A DNA stretch of 37,200 bases from an uncultured Bacillales bacterium (GCA_946404585.1 CAMJEC010000002.1:1-37200), one strand, 5' to 3'; shown: positions 1 to 9,411, counted from the first letter of the stretch. A program made the numbers and translations. Notes: generated from the sequence alone by a model not told the origin.

Positions 1-2
1 TC

Positions 3-1571
3 ACTGCGAAAGAAGCGAAGTCCGCTTCTAAAGCTAAGACTGATTTCTTATCAACCATGTCACATGATATTCGTACACCAATGAACGCTATTATTGGTTT
101 AACAGCGATTACAGAAAAGAATCTAGATGATAAAAAAGCAGTATCAGAAAACTTACGTAAGATCTCTTTAGCGAGTAATCACTTATTAACGTTAATCAAT
201 GACATATTGGATATTTCTAAAGTTGAAAGTGGCAAGATTAATCTCGTACCACAGACTTTCTCTATCGTGGAAACCGTTGAAAACTTAATGAATCTTTCCC
301 AACCAATGATTAAAGAAAAGAACATTGAGTTTGGTTTCCATATCAATAGAATGGAAAAAGAATATTTACATACCGACCAATTAAGATTGAATCAAATCTA
401 CATCAATATCCTTTCTAATGCGATTAAATACACTGAACCAAATGGTCGTGTCACTGTCGATATGAAGGAAGAAGAAAGTGAAAAAGAAGGCTGTGTAAAA
501 CTTACTTATATCGTTAGTGATACAGGTATTGGTATGTCTAAAGAATTTATGGCGCATCTATATCAACCATTCTCTAGACAAACTGATAGCCGTGTTAATA
601 GTATCCAAGGTACTGGCTTAGGTCTCGCTATTACTAAACAAATGGTGGACCTTATGGGAGGCACGATTGAATGCCAAAGTGAACAAGGAGTGGGCACAAC
701 ATTTACCGTTGTTTTAGATATTCCAACGGCTGAACATCAACGCGCTGAAATGAAACTTAGTGAAATGGATGTCTTAATTGTTGATGATGATGAAATCTTA
801 TTAGAAACCGCGGTTGATACATTACATTCTCTTGGCCTAAGAGCGGAACCTGCTAGTGGTGGTCTAGAAGCTTTAGGCATGATTAAACATCGAGAAGAAT
901 CAGGTAAGAATTACGATATCGTTATTCTTGATTTAAAGATGCCTGATTTAGATGGTATAGAAACTATTAAACGTATTCGTTCAGAAGTTAAATCCAATGT
1001 TCCTATCTTATTGATCTCTGCCTATTCTTGGTCAGATGTTGAAGAACAAGCTAAAGAAGCAGGCGTTAATGGCTTCTTAAGTAAACCATTATTCCGTTCT
1101 ACCTTATATAACAAGATTAGTGAAATACTTGGTGCTGAAGTAGAATCTATTGAACCTGAAAATGATTATAGTGACTTACAAGGTCTTAAAATCTTAGTAG
1201 CCGAAGATAACGATATTAACTGGGAGATTATTTCCACATTGTTATCAATGTATGGTATCACTTCTGAAAGAGCGGAAAATGGTCGTGTAGTAGTGGAGAA
1301 GATGAAAGAGGCTAAAGAAGGCGCTTATACATTAATCTTCATGGATATTCAAATGCCGGAAATGAACGGCTTAGATGCCACAAGAACAATTCGTAAATTA
1401 GATGACCCATGGGCGTCATCTATTCCAATTATCGCTATGACTGCGGATGCATTCGCGGAAAATATCGCTGAATGTTTAGCCGCTGGTATGAACGGACATA
1501 TTGCTAAACCTATTGACGTTAAACTTGTCATTAAAGAGATTCGAAGAATAAGGGAGAAATCAAAGAAATGA
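3..1571 (+). CDS. Hybrid sensor histidine kinase, 5'-truncated by the window edge (HisKA/HATPase core plus two receiver domains)
   Basis: The frame is open from nt 3 (no stop before the ATG at 57), so the gene starts upstream of the window. H-box [17 protein letters not shown]-box LSNAIKYT, G-boxes SDTGIGM and GTGLGLAI. Two REC domains (VLIVDDDE...[11 protein letters not shown]...SKP and [10 protein letters not shown]...[11 protein letters not shown]...AKP). Confidence 0.9.
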   Translation, partial: TAKEAKSASKAKTDFLSTMSHDIRTPMNAIIGLTAITEKNLDDKKAVSENLRKISLASNHLLTLINDILDISKVESGKINLVPQTFSIVETVENLMNLSQPMIKEKNIEFGFHINRMEKEYLHTDQLRLNQIYINILSNAIKYTEPNGRVTVDMKEEESEKEGCVKLTYIVSDTGIGMSKEFMAHLYQPFSRQTDSRVNSIQGTGLGLAITKQMVDLMGGTIECQSEQGVGTTFTVVLDIPTAEHQRAEMKLSEMDVLIVDDDEILLETAVDTLHSLGLRAEPASGGLEALGMIKHREESGKNYDIVILDLKMPDLDGIETIKRIRSEVKSNVPILLISAYSWSDVEEQAKEAGVNGFLSKPLFRSTLYNKISEILGAEVESIEPENDYSDLQGLKILVAEDNDINWEIISTLLSMYGITSERAENGRVVVEKMKEAKEGAYTLIFMDIQMPEMNGLDATRTIRKLDDPWASSIPIIAMTADAFAENIAECLAAGMNGHIAKPIDVKLVIKEIRRIREKSKK

Positions 1572-2845
1572 AAAAGTTAAACTGCCTTGCTATCAGTATT
1601 CTATCGGTAGCATTATTAGCTTCATGCGGGGGTAATGAGGCTAAAGAATTTAAACCAACATTAGATGTTGAAACAAAATGCAGCATCAGAGTAGTGGGTG
1701 ATTATGGTAACTTTGAAGCCTTAGAAGCGGAATTTGATCGTTTCAATTTTTACTATCCACATGTCACTCTTACTTATGAAAAACTTGATGACTATAACAA
1801 TAGTCTAGGGACAGTATTAGAGAGTGATAATAAGCCAAATATCTTCTTCTCCTATACATGGATGATGGGCAATGACAAATACAATAACGTTGTTTCCCAT
1901 ATGGAAGATTTATCAGACGCTAAATTGAAACTAGATTTGAACTGCTTACGTCAAAGTTTAGTTAATAAGACCGCTGAAGGTAAAGTCTTAATGGTGCCTG
2001 TCTTCTCTAGAACATATGGTACTTTAGTTAATAATGATCTCTTTAAAAAAGAGAACTTAAATATTCCAAATACTTGGAGTGAATTATTAAATGTTTCCGC
2101 TTCATTTAAAGAAAAGGGTTATAAGAGTCCAATGATGGGCTATAGCCTTAAATCATCTAGTTGCTTAATGTACACAATTGCTTATCCAGCATTTGTTGCT
2201 TCACTTGCAAAGAATCCAGAAGCTTTAGAAAAGGCTAATAGCTTAGACCCATCTGCGGGTGAATATATGCGTGAAGCATTAACCAAAGTGAAACAGCTTG
2301 TTGATAACGGTGTTGTTAATCTTGAAGAATGTGACAAGATTGAAGATAACTACACTAAGGTCATCTTACGTTTCTTTGAAGGTGATGTGCCTATGATGAT
2401 CTGCGCTGGCGACACAGTAAGTGGCACTAAGAAACGTGAAAGTCAATCTGAAGCCTATACTAAAAATCCATTTGATTATACATATATCCCAATTCCTTTA
2501 ACGGAAGAAGGCGGCTACTTTATGGATAGTCCATCCGTACAATTCTCCGTTAATAAGGACTGCAAAGATTTAGAAATGACTAATGAATTTATGCGTTTCT
2601 TAGTGAGTAAGCAAGAATTAAACAGCATGGCATCTTTAAAGCGTTTAGTGACTCCTACTAAGGAATTAACATTCGACAAAGTTTACGCTCCATTTGCAAA
2701 GGTTCCTACTTCCCATACCTTCTCTCCAGAAGTATTAGGTATTAAGGATCCATTAACTGTGCAAATTAGAAATGCTTCATTCAAAGTTGCTAAAGGTCAG
2801 ATGACTATTGATGAAGCCGTTAATAGTTACGGGAGCATCGAGTAA
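1568..2845 (+). CDS. Extracellular solute-binding lipoprotein (ABC-type family-1 SBP-like)
   Basis: The ATG overlaps the kinase stop (ATGA). Signal peptide with lipobox LLASC. Size and composition fit solute-binding proteins; the call is by overall resemblance, with no diagnostic motif. Confidence 0.6.
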   Translation: MKKLNCLAISILSVALLASCGGNEAKEFKPTLDVETKCSIRVVGDYGNFEALEAEFDRFNFYYPHVTLTYEKLDDYNNSLGTVLESDNKPNIFFSYTWMMGNDKYNNVVSHMEDLSDAKLKLDLNCLRQSLVNKTAEGKVLMVPVFSRTYGTLVNNDLFKKENLNIPNTWSELLNVSASFKEKGYKSPMMGYSLKSSSCLMYTIAYPAFVASLAKNPEALEKANSLDPSAGEYMREALTKVKQLVDNGVVNLEECDKIEDNYTKVILRFFEGDVPMMICAGDTVSGTKKRESQSEAYTKNPFDYTYIPIPLTEEGGYFMDSPSVQFSVNKDCKDLEMTNEFMRFLVSKQELNSMASLKRLVTPTKELTFDKVYAPFAKVPTSHTFSPEVLGIKDPLTVQIRNASFKVAKGQMTIDEAVNSYGSIE

Positions 2846-2890
2846 AGAATTAAGTTTAAATTAATTTGAAAGAGTATAATAGATAAGCAT

Positions 2891-3913
2891 ATGGCTTTAA
2901 ATAACAATACAGGCACATATTATCGTACGATTAGAAATACTTGCTTATTCGCAAATATTGCGTATATTTTCTTACGCCTTATTTATTTAGTTATTTTTAT
3001 TGTTAGTAAAGCCTACGCGCTTATTTGGATTGATGCGGTATCAATTCTTATCTATTTATTCTGTTTCTTTCTTCTTAAGAAGAGGAAATATTACTTATAT
3101 GCCTTATTGTGTGGTAATGAATACTTTGTCTTTATCATCACCACGACAATAATGCTTGGCTTTAATAGTGGTTTCCATCTTTATTTAATTGGTCTATGTG
3201 TTGTTTCATTCTTCACTACATATTTCTCTAAGAATAAGAACATTAAAGGCTCAATAGCATGGGTGGGTTTATCATTAATAATCTATTTAACTCTTTATTT
3301 CATTACACGCTTTAATCAGCCACTTTATCCAATTAACGAAATAGTGGAGATGGTCTTATTTGTTGGTCATGCCTTTATCGCATTCTTCTACGTCGCATTC
3401 TATCTAGTGATATTTGTTAAATACACATTATCTTTGGAAAAGAAGATTATGAATGAATCTAGAACCGACGAATTAACGCAGATCGCTAATAGATATGGTT
3501 TATATGATTATTTCAATCAAGAAGAACATAAAGAATCCAAAGTCTTAGCGTTATTTGATATCGATGACTTTAAATTGATTAATGATAAATATGGTCACGC
3601 CGCTGGTGACTATATCCTTAAAAGAGTGGCGGAATTAAGCACTGCCACATTACCAGGTTCATTTGTCTGCCGTTATGGTGGTGAAGAATTTGTCACGGTT
3701 GTTAATAATGATAATTACTTTGAAACACTAGAAAACTTAAGAAAGACTTTTGAAAACGAAGTCTTTGAATTCGAAGGTAAAAAACATAAGATCACTATCA
3801 CCATAGGCGCTACTGTCTATGAAAAAGATATGACATTAGAGAAATGGGTCAGCTCCGCGGATGAAAGGATGTATCTAGGTAAGAACTCTGGCAAGAATAA
3901 AGTTGTCATCTAA
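2891..3913 (+). CDS. Membrane-anchored diguanylate cyclase (GGDEF domain)
   Basis: About five or six N-terminal TM helices, then a GGDEF domain: DELTQIANR, FDIDDFKLINDKYGHAAGD, active-site RYGGEEF. Confidence 0.9.
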   Translation: MALNNNTGTYYRTIRNTCLFANIAYIFLRLIYLVIFIVSKAYALIWIDAVSILIYLFCFFLLKKRKYYLYALLCGNEYFVFIITTTIMLGFNSGFHLYLIGLCVVSFFTTYFSKNKNIKGSIAWVGLSLIIYLTLYFITRFNQPLYPINEIVEMVLFVGHAFIAFFYVAFYLVIFVKYTLSLEKKIMNESRTDELTQIANRYGLYDYFNQEEHKESKVLALFDIDDFKLINDKYGHAAGDYILKRVAELSTATLPGSFVCRYGGEEFVTVVNNDNYFETLENLRKTFENEVFEFEGKKHKITITIGATVYEKDMTLEKWVSSADERMYLGKNSGKNKVVI

Positions 3914-3944
3914 TCAAATAATTGCTTATAAATATTAAAAAATG

Positions 3945-3973
3945 TAACGGAGAGTAATTTCTGTTATTTTTTT
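3945..3973 (+). terminator. Rho-independent terminator after the GGDEF gene
   Basis: 9-bp stem 3945..3953 / 3958..3966 (two G-U pairs), GTAA loop, followed by seven T (3967..3973). Confidence 0.6.
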
Positions 3974-4002
3974 ATTTAAGCGACATGGTTATGATAATTA
4001 AG

Positions 4003-4112
4003 TTAATGTAAGGTTATACCTGACAAAAATATTGTGAAAATTCCAGCACTATCTTGGTAGAAGTATGAACCTTACATGTCTTAAAATTGTGCCGAAATGG
4101 AGGAGTAGTGGT
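4003..4112 (+). promoter_or_regulatory. Conserved upstream element, copy A (shared with 13490..13600 on the minus strand)
   Basis: Block 1 (4005..4026) AATGTAAGGTTATACCTGACAA is 20/22 identical to copy B. Block 2 (4051..4078) ATCTTGGTAGAAGTATGAACCTTACATG is 26/28 identical. A conserved TAAAATTG follows (-10-like TAAAAT at 4082..4087). Contains the dyad GTAAGGT-N3-ACCTGAC (4008..4024) and a perfect 10-bp inverted repeat, 4006..4015 / 4068..4077. Confidence 0.6.
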
Positions 4113-4958
4113 ATGAAACTATTCGACAAAATTAGAATCCTAAGAAAAGCGCGTGGTCTTTCCCAAGAACAACTTGGTTATAGTTTATCTAGAGTTAATA
4201 AAGATGGTATCTCACGTCAAACAGTCTCTGATTGGGAAAATGGTAAGTTTGAACCTAAGTTAGAAAACATCAGAGATCTAGCGGAAGTGTTTAATGTTTC
4301 GTTTGACGCTTTACTTGATGAATCAGTGGATTTAGAAAATGAAAAAGTCTTAGAAGCTGTATTAAATAAAAAGCCATATGAAAAAGAAAAAGAATATGAA
4401 AATGAAGAACAAATTGTAGCGCCTAAGACAGAAAGAAAAAGAATTACATTTAAAGAACTAGCCGTCTTACTTATTAGTTGTTTCTTTACTTTTCTAGGCG
4501 TTTGGAATATGGTCGGATATATTTTAAGCCTCATCGAGATTTCTTCATTTGAATACGCTGGTGGGCTATTGATGAACATTGCTATTCAATTAGTGTTCTT
4601 AGGTATATTTGGTGTTGCTTTTGCTTTCACTATCAATGCGATATTTAGAAATAAGAGTCTTAAAGCACCATTGATTTTGTTGATTATTGGTACTGGCCTT
4701 TATTTTGCACTTGATACTTATATTGGAATACGCTCTTTAATAATGCACTTTGATGAACATATGAAAGGGGCAAGCTCTTATCGTGTAAACGGCTATCCTT
4801 CAACATATGAAAAAATGGTAGCTGGCGCAATTGTACGCGTTGCTTATGCTGAAATAGTGAGTGCTGCCTTCTTAGTGGCTTCCATCTTGCTCTTTGTTTC
4901 TTACAGAAAGCAACAAAAAATAGAGGTAATGAAAACTACCGCCGCTGAAGTATATTAG
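4113..4958 (+). CDS. XRE-family HTH transcriptional regulator with C-terminal multi-TM domain
   Basis: Preferred start ATG 4113 is preceded by GGAGGAG (4099..4105). The track's ATG at 4065 lies inside the conserved upstream element. HTH_3 domain (IRILRKARGLSQEQLGYSL...ISRQTVSDWENGKFEPKLENIRDLAEVFNVSFDALL), charged linker, then about four TM helices. Confidence 0.8.
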   Translation: MKLFDKIRILRKARGLSQEQLGYSLSRVNKDGISRQTVSDWENGKFEPKLENIRDLAEVFNVSFDALLDESVDLENEKVLEAVLNKKPYEKEKEYENEEQIVAPKTERKRITFKELAVLLISCFFTFLGVWNMVGYILSLIEISSFEYAGGLLMNIAIQLVFLGIFGVAFAFTINAIFRNKSLKAPLILLIIGTGLYFALDTYIGIRSLIMHFDEHMKGASSYRVNGYPSTYEKMVAGAIVRVAYAEIVSAAFLVASILLFVSYRKQQKIEVMKTTAAEVY

Positions 4959-6163
4959 TTCTGCTGCACAATCTCTAAGAAGATAGGCCCTAGTTCAGGA
5001 TCGAACTGTGTGCCAATTCCTTCTCTTATAATTTGTATAGCCTTCTCTCTTGGGAAGGCTTCTTTATATGGCCTTTTAGAAATAAGAGCGTCATAAACAT
5101 CTGCGAGAGACATAATTCTAGCTTCTAATGGTATATCTTCACCTTTTAAGCCTTCTGGATAACCAGTACCATCGTATCTTTCATGATGATATTTAGCGAT
5201 GTTAATCGCCACATTAATATAATTCTTATCATCAACATTACGCATACTGTTTTGAATGACCTTAGCCCCATAATCAGTATGTTTTTTCATAATGTCATAT
5301 TCTTCAGGAGTTAACTTTCCTGGTTTATTTAATATGCTATCTGGAATCTTAATCTTACCTAAGTCATGGATAGGGGCCGCCATAACGACATTTCTAAAAT
5401 ATAGACGTGGGTATTTAGAATATTTTTCTTTCTTTCTAATCTTTTCTACAAGCATAGATACATAGCTTTCAGTTCTCACGATGTGACCACCTGTGGTCTC
5501 ATCTCTTTCTTCAACCGCTGCGGCTAAGCTTGTAATTAAGTTATTTTGAATTCTTTCAATACGAATACCGTGTGAAATTTCTTTGACATTTCTATAACAA
5601 ACAACAGAATAAATAATTAAACCAATAAGAGTGAAAGTGATGCAGTTAACACAATCTAATTTAAATGCATTAGGTTCTTTATAATAAGAAGAACAAATTA
5701 GATAACCAATGCATTCACTAATCATGAAGCCATACATTCTAATTGGTCGATCATCTATAGCAATTGGTAATAATGAAATAAAAACGATAACACTAGTCGC
5801 AGGCATCGCTGCATTACTAGCTTGAGTGGACAATAATACTGCATAAATAATCGTTAAAGTCATTTGGCCATAACAAACAGCGAAAGAGAAATAAGCATTC
5901 TTAAATCTTCTACCAAATGTCATGACCACTAAATAGATAACGATACTACCCACTAAAAGCATGATATAAGGGGCAAGGGTATCAGTTTCGGTGAATAAAT
6001 CCACGATTAAAAGAATAAGACTGAAGGCTGCGCTTAGTAATGATGTAATCTTTAATACGCGTCTGTTTCTAGCCCAGACTATTGCTTTAATTTCGTTATA
6101 GTCTTTACGTGGAATACCACAAAAGAATAGATAGTTAATAAGTCCGGTAAAAATTTTTTTCAC
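4955..6163 (-). CDS. Membrane-anchored HD-GYP domain protein (putative c-di-GMP phosphodiesterase)
   Basis: Multi-TM N-terminus. C-terminal HDLGKIKIP, HTDYG, YHHERYDGTGYPEGL, SLADVYDAL. The start is GTG at 6163 with no clear SD, so it is uncertain. 4-nt convergent overlap with the XRE gene. Confidence 0.85.
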   Translation of the reverse strand: MKKIFTGLINYLFFCGIPRKDYNEIKAIVWARNRRVLKITSLLSAAFSLILLIVDLFTETDTLAPYIMLLVGSIVIYLVVMTFGRRFKNAYFSFAVCYGQMTLTIIYAVLLSTQASNAAMPATSVIVFISLLPIAIDDRPIRMYGFMISECIGYLICSSYYKEPNAFKLDCVNCITFTLIGLIIYSVVCYRNVKEISHGIRIERIQNNLITSLAAAVEERDETTGGHIVRTESYVSMLVEKIRKKEKYSKYPRLYFRNVVMAAPIHDLGKIKIPDSILNKPGKLTPEEYDIMKKHTDYGAKVIQNSMRNVDDKNYINVAINIAKYHHERYDGTGYPEGLKGEDIPLEARIMSLADVYDALISKRPYKEAFPREKAIQIIREGIGTQFDPELGPIFLEIVQQN

Positions 6164-6354
6164 GATAAAAATTATAAAGGAAAAAATAATAAGAAAAATA
6201 GACCAACTTTCAATTTGAGAACGACACTTTCATTATTTTGTCTGAATCGAAAAAAATAGATAGAAATGAATACAAAAATATGACGACTATGCTATTTGAT
6301 TCAAAAGTTCCGATATTTATAGAACTTTTTATCAATTTTATTAATAATAAAGTT

Positions 6355-6401
6355 GGTGATAAATATGAAAAGAGAAAACGCCGCAAAAAGATACTATAAA
6401 A
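6355..6401 (+). repeat. 47-nt perfect direct repeat, copy 1 (SD + first 12 codons of small membrane protein gene)
   Basis: GGTGATAAATATGAAAAGAGAAAACGCCGCAAAAAGATACTATAAAA is identical at 6355..6401 and 6810..6856. The flanking bases differ on both sides. Confidence 0.95.
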
Positions 6402-6808
6402 GAGCATTACTTATTTACGTCCTGATTTCGATTCCGGTGATTTTACTTTTCTTTCTTTTTGCGATTCCATATTTTGCTAATGGAGACATTTACAGCAAAA
6501 TCGTTATATTTCCAATTGTCTATACAGTCGTTATCATTCCCTTCATAATCTACTACCTTGTTAAATTTATCCATTATTCGAATGTAATATTCATCAATAT
6601 TAAGAAAGGTAAAGTTGTTAATAGTGAATCATTTAACTATGGCCGTTATGGTACATATGTTGGTTTCGTCGTGGAATATGAAGATGAAATTGGTGACAAA
6701 CATAGAGTCACCACCAAACACTGTCACCGTCGAGCGGATGGCTATTTTGGTGTCACTGTAACAGTGGGCCAAGATCCATCAACTGGCGAATGGATTATTC
6801 TTGAATAG
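6365..6808 (+). CDS. Small membrane protein, tandem paralogue 1 (147 aa, two TM helices + C-terminal soluble domain)
   Basis: ATG 6365 with GGTGAT SD-like sequence 4 nt upstream (the track's start at 6353 is TTG). Paralogous to 6820..7263 (shared PFIIYY, IHYxNV, GRxGxxxGF, TKHxHxRADGYxG, DPxxxEWIxLE). Confidence 0.65.
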   Translation: MKRENAAKRYYKRALLIYVLISIPVILLFFLFAIPYFANGDIYSKIVIFPIVYTVVIIPFIIYYLVKFIHYSNVIFINIKKGKVVNSESFNYGRYGTYVGFVVEYEDEIGDKHRVTTKHCHRRADGYFGVTVTVGQDPSTGEWIILE

Positions 6809-6809
6809 A

Positions 6810-6856
6810 GGTGATAAATATGAAAAGAGAAAACGCCGCAAAAAGATACTATAAAA
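6810..6856 (+). repeat. 47-nt perfect direct repeat, copy 2
   Basis: See copy 1. Confidence 0.95.
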
Positions 6857-7263
6857 ACAACATGATTATAGTGATTGCTGTTTTTGCGCCGCTCGTATTT
6901 TTGTCTTACCTCCTCCCTCTTTCTTTTATAATTTCACGGGGACCAGATTATGCGATACTTTGGATTTTTCCAATTATTATGACCATAGCGCCTTTACCAT
7001 TTATCATTTATTACGCAGCGCAATATATTCACTACGCAAATGTATACTTCACTGAAATCCAAATGGCGGAAGTGTTTGATTGTGACACTATTCAAAAGGG
7101 AAGATTTGGTCCTTTTATTGGCTTTTTTGTAAGAATCCAACATAAAGGGAAAACCGCTACAGTCTGTACCAAACACGTTCATCAGAGAGCGGATGGCTAT
7201 ATTGGTAGTCGAGTTGAGGTTGGTTTTGACCCAAAAAGATATGAATGGATTGTCCTTGAATAG
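6820..7263 (+). CDS. Small membrane protein, tandem paralogue 2 (147 aa)
   Basis: ATG 6820 (the track's start at 6811 is GTG). Same length and architecture as 6365..6808. The first 12 residues, MKRENAAKRYYK, are identical. Confidence 0.65.
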   Translation: MKRENAAKRYYKNNMIIVIAVFAPLVFLSYLLPLSFIISRGPDYAILWIFPIIMTIAPLPFIIYYAAQYIHYANVYFTEIQMAEVFDCDTIQKGRFGPFIGFFVRIQHKGKTATVCTKHVHQRADGYIGSRVEVGFDPKRYEWIVLE

Positions 7264-7289
7264 CATTTTAGGATGAAATTTTTTACAGT

Positions 7290-8381
7290 ATGTTTTATAC
7301 TATTAACATGTTTTTAGACATGTTCGAACAGTACATATTACAAAACTGGATACTCATATTAATACTATTTGCCTTCATTGTTTTCTTAATTTCTACCGCG
7401 TTAATCGATAAAAAAGCGACAAGAAGACTATTCTTTTTAATCGGTGAAATCTTTGTTTTATCACTATGTGTTTTCATTGAATTTTATTTTGCAGATGATA
7501 TCAAATATCGCCTTTTAAGAACAATACTAATGGCGGTTAGATATAGTGCGGCGCCTATTTTATTGGCCCACGTTATCTTTACAGTGGTTAAACGAATGAA
7601 ACCGCTTGTTTTCATTCCTGCAGGTGTACTTGCCATCTTGGATATTGTTTCTATCCCTACTGGTATTGTCTTCGCTATTAATGATGAAAATGGTTTAGTA
7701 AGAGGTCCTTTAGGATTTTTACCATTTATCATCGCCGCTTTATACTGTGCTTTCTTAATCTTCATTCTTATTAAACGCAGCAATAAACGTTTAATAGAAA
7801 TCATTCCTATCGCCTTATTAGCGTTATCATTTATTTCTTGTATTGTATTCCCATTTATCTTCCGTTCTAACTTTGCCCAAATCTTCTGCCCAACCATCGC
7901 AGTGGCTTTATTTATTTACTATGTCTTCTCTATTCTCTTATTAGTGAAGAAAGATGCCTTAACAGGCTTACTTAATAGACAAGCCTATTATTCTGAAACA
8001 AGTAGAGCATATAAAGACATCACCGCGATTGTATCTATTGATATGAACGGCTTAAAGAAAATTAATGATACTTATGGTCACCAAGCTGGTGATGAAGCAT
8101 TAATTACTTTAGCCATTTGTTTCAAAAGATCATGTAATGTTAGACAATCTGCTTACCGTATGGGTGGTGATGAATTTGCCATTGTCTGTTATAAGAACAC
8201 TGAAGAAGAAGTTCTTAAATTAATTGAAAGAATTAATGAACATGTCGGTAAGACAAAATATACATGTTCCATCGGTTATTGTTTCCAAAAGGATGGTCGT
8301 ATCGAACTTGATGAACTATTAAAAGTATCCGATGAAAAAATGTATCAAAACAAAGCGGAATATTATAAAACAAATCAATAA
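7290..8381 (+). CDS. Membrane-anchored diguanylate cyclase (GGDEF domain)
   Basis: About six TM helices, then DALTGLLNRQ, SIDMNGLKKINDTYGHQAGD, active-site RMGGDEF. It lies 26 nt downstream of the two small membrane protein genes, so a likely operon. Confidence 0.9.
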   Translation: MFYTINMFLDMFEQYILQNWILILILFAFIVFLISTALIDKKATRRLFFLIGEIFVLSLCVFIEFYFADDIKYRLLRTILMAVRYSAAPILLAHVIFTVVKRMKPLVFIPAGVLAILDIVSIPTGIVFAINDENGLVRGPLGFLPFIIAALYCAFLIFILIKRSNKRLIEIIPIALLALSFISCIVFPFIFRSNFAQIFCPTIAVALFIYYVFSILLLVKKDALTGLLNRQAYYSETSRAYKDITAIVSIDMNGLKKINDTYGHQAGDEALITLAICFKRSCNVRQSAYRMGGDEFAIVCYKNTEEEVLKLIERINEHVGKTKYTCSIGYCFQKDGRIELDELLKVSDEKMYQNKAEYYKTNQ

Positions 8382-8408
8382 GGGGATATCTGATAATATC
8401 TCCTTTTT
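8382..8408 (+). terminator. Rho-independent terminator after GGDEF gene
   Basis: Stem GGGGATAT (8382..8389) / ATATCTCC (8396..8403) with one G-U pair, 6-nt loop, then TTTTT (8404..8408). Confidence 0.65.
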
Positions 8409-8415
8409 ATCTCTT

Positions 8416-9051
8416 ATGATTAGGAAAGACATCAAAGAATTCTTAAATACATTACCCAAAGACATCACCCTTGTTGCCGCGACTAAATATGGTGATGTTG
8501 ATGATTTAAAAGAACTATATAGTAATGGTGTATTTAATTTTGGTGAAAACCGCGTGGATGCTTTTCTAAATAAATATGAAGCCTTAAAAGATTTAGATAT
8601 CAAATGGCACTTCATCGGGCACCTACAACGTAATAAAGCACATCTTGTTTTAGATAAGATTGACTACTTACATTCCTTAGATTCATTAGAACTAGTTAAA
8701 ACGATAAATAAGTACCGTCTAAGCCCTTTAAACTGTTTTGTTGAAGTTTCTATCAATCTTGAAGAAAACAAAAACGGAGTGCCTTATTATGAGGTAAAAG
8801 ACTTTGTTAAAGAGTGTTTAAAGTATCCTAATGTTAATATCGTAGGTCTTATGATGATGGCGGTAGCCAATTCATCAGAAGAAAGCCTCCATAGTCAATT
8901 TAGAAAACTAAAAGAATTAAAAGATAATTTAGAGAAAGAATTAAATATCTCTTTACCATATCTATCTATGGGTATGAGTGATGATTATAAAGTCGCGGTA
9001 GCGGAAGGCGCTACACATATTAGACTAGGAAGAGTATTATTTAATAGATAG
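8416..9051 (+). CDS. yggS: YggS/YlmE-family pyridoxal-phosphate-binding protein (PLP homeostasis)
   Basis: LVAATKY (PLP Lys), FGENRV, WHFIGHLQRNK, GLMMMA, LSMGMSDDY, GATHIRLG. Start 8416 was chosen because the 8332 extension overlaps the GGDEF gene and runs through the terminator hairpin. The start remains uncertain (no clear SD). Confidence 0.85.
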   Translation: MIRKDIKEFLNTLPKDITLVAATKYGDVDDLKELYSNGVFNFGENRVDAFLNKYEALKDLDIKWHFIGHLQRNKAHLVLDKIDYLHSLDSLELVKTINKYRLSPLNCFVEVSINLEENKNGVPYYEVKDFVKECLKYPNVNIVGLMMMAVANSSEESLHSQFRKLKELKDNLEKELNISLPYLSMGMSDDYKVAVAEGATHIRLGRVLFNR

Positions 9052-9063
9052 GAACAAGAAATT

Positions 9064-9411
9064 ATGGCATTAAAAGACGAATGGAAAAGTACTGGTAAAA
9101 ATACAGGTAAAGCCTTTGCTAATTTTGGTAAAGCCTTAGGCAAAACGATGAAATCAATATTCAGCGATGATGAAAATATGATTGAAAGTAATGGTCACAC
9201 TGAAGTGAGCAATGCTTGGAGAGATACAGGCAAAGCCTTCGGTAGTGCGGGTAAATCATTTGGTAAAGCCATGGGTGATACATTCACTGGCTGTGATGAA
9301 GAACCAAAAGAAAAGCCTGAAGATAAAGCTGAAGAAAAACCTAAAGAACAGCCAAAAGAAGAAAACACTGAAAGTGATGTACCTCTCATTGAACAAAAAG
9401 AAGAAAATTAA
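9064..9411 (+). CDS. Small hypothetical protein with internal Gly/Lys repeat and acidic/Lys-rich tail
   Basis: The motif W-x-x-TGK-x2-3-GKAF-x3-GK-x2-GK-x-M occurs twice (residues ~7-29 and ~51-70). The C-terminal EEPKEKPEDKAEEKPKEQPKEE is low complexity. Confidence 0.55.
   Translation: MALKDEWKSTGKNTGKAFANFGKALGKTMKSIFSDDENMIESNGHTEVSNAWRDTGKAFGSAGKSFGKAMGDTFTGCDEEPKEKPEDKAEEKPKEQPKEENTESDVPLIEQKEEN

Noticed and set aside
4065-4112. N-terminal extensions in the ORF track (MNLTCLKIVPKWRSSG at 4065; the analogous MNFTWNKIDFEKSEEQC at 13540..13490 on the minus strand)
   Set aside because: Both upstream ATGs lie in the conserved non-coding block ATGAAC(C/T)TTACATG. The downstream ATGs have good SD sequences and give canonical N-termini (an HTH start and a lipoprotein signal peptide).
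8332-8415. Longer YggS start overlapping the GGDEF gene
   Set aside because: The extension runs through a terminator hairpin and T tract (8382..8408) and adds a Lys-rich sequence unlike YggS N-termini. It is kept as a possible alternative only.
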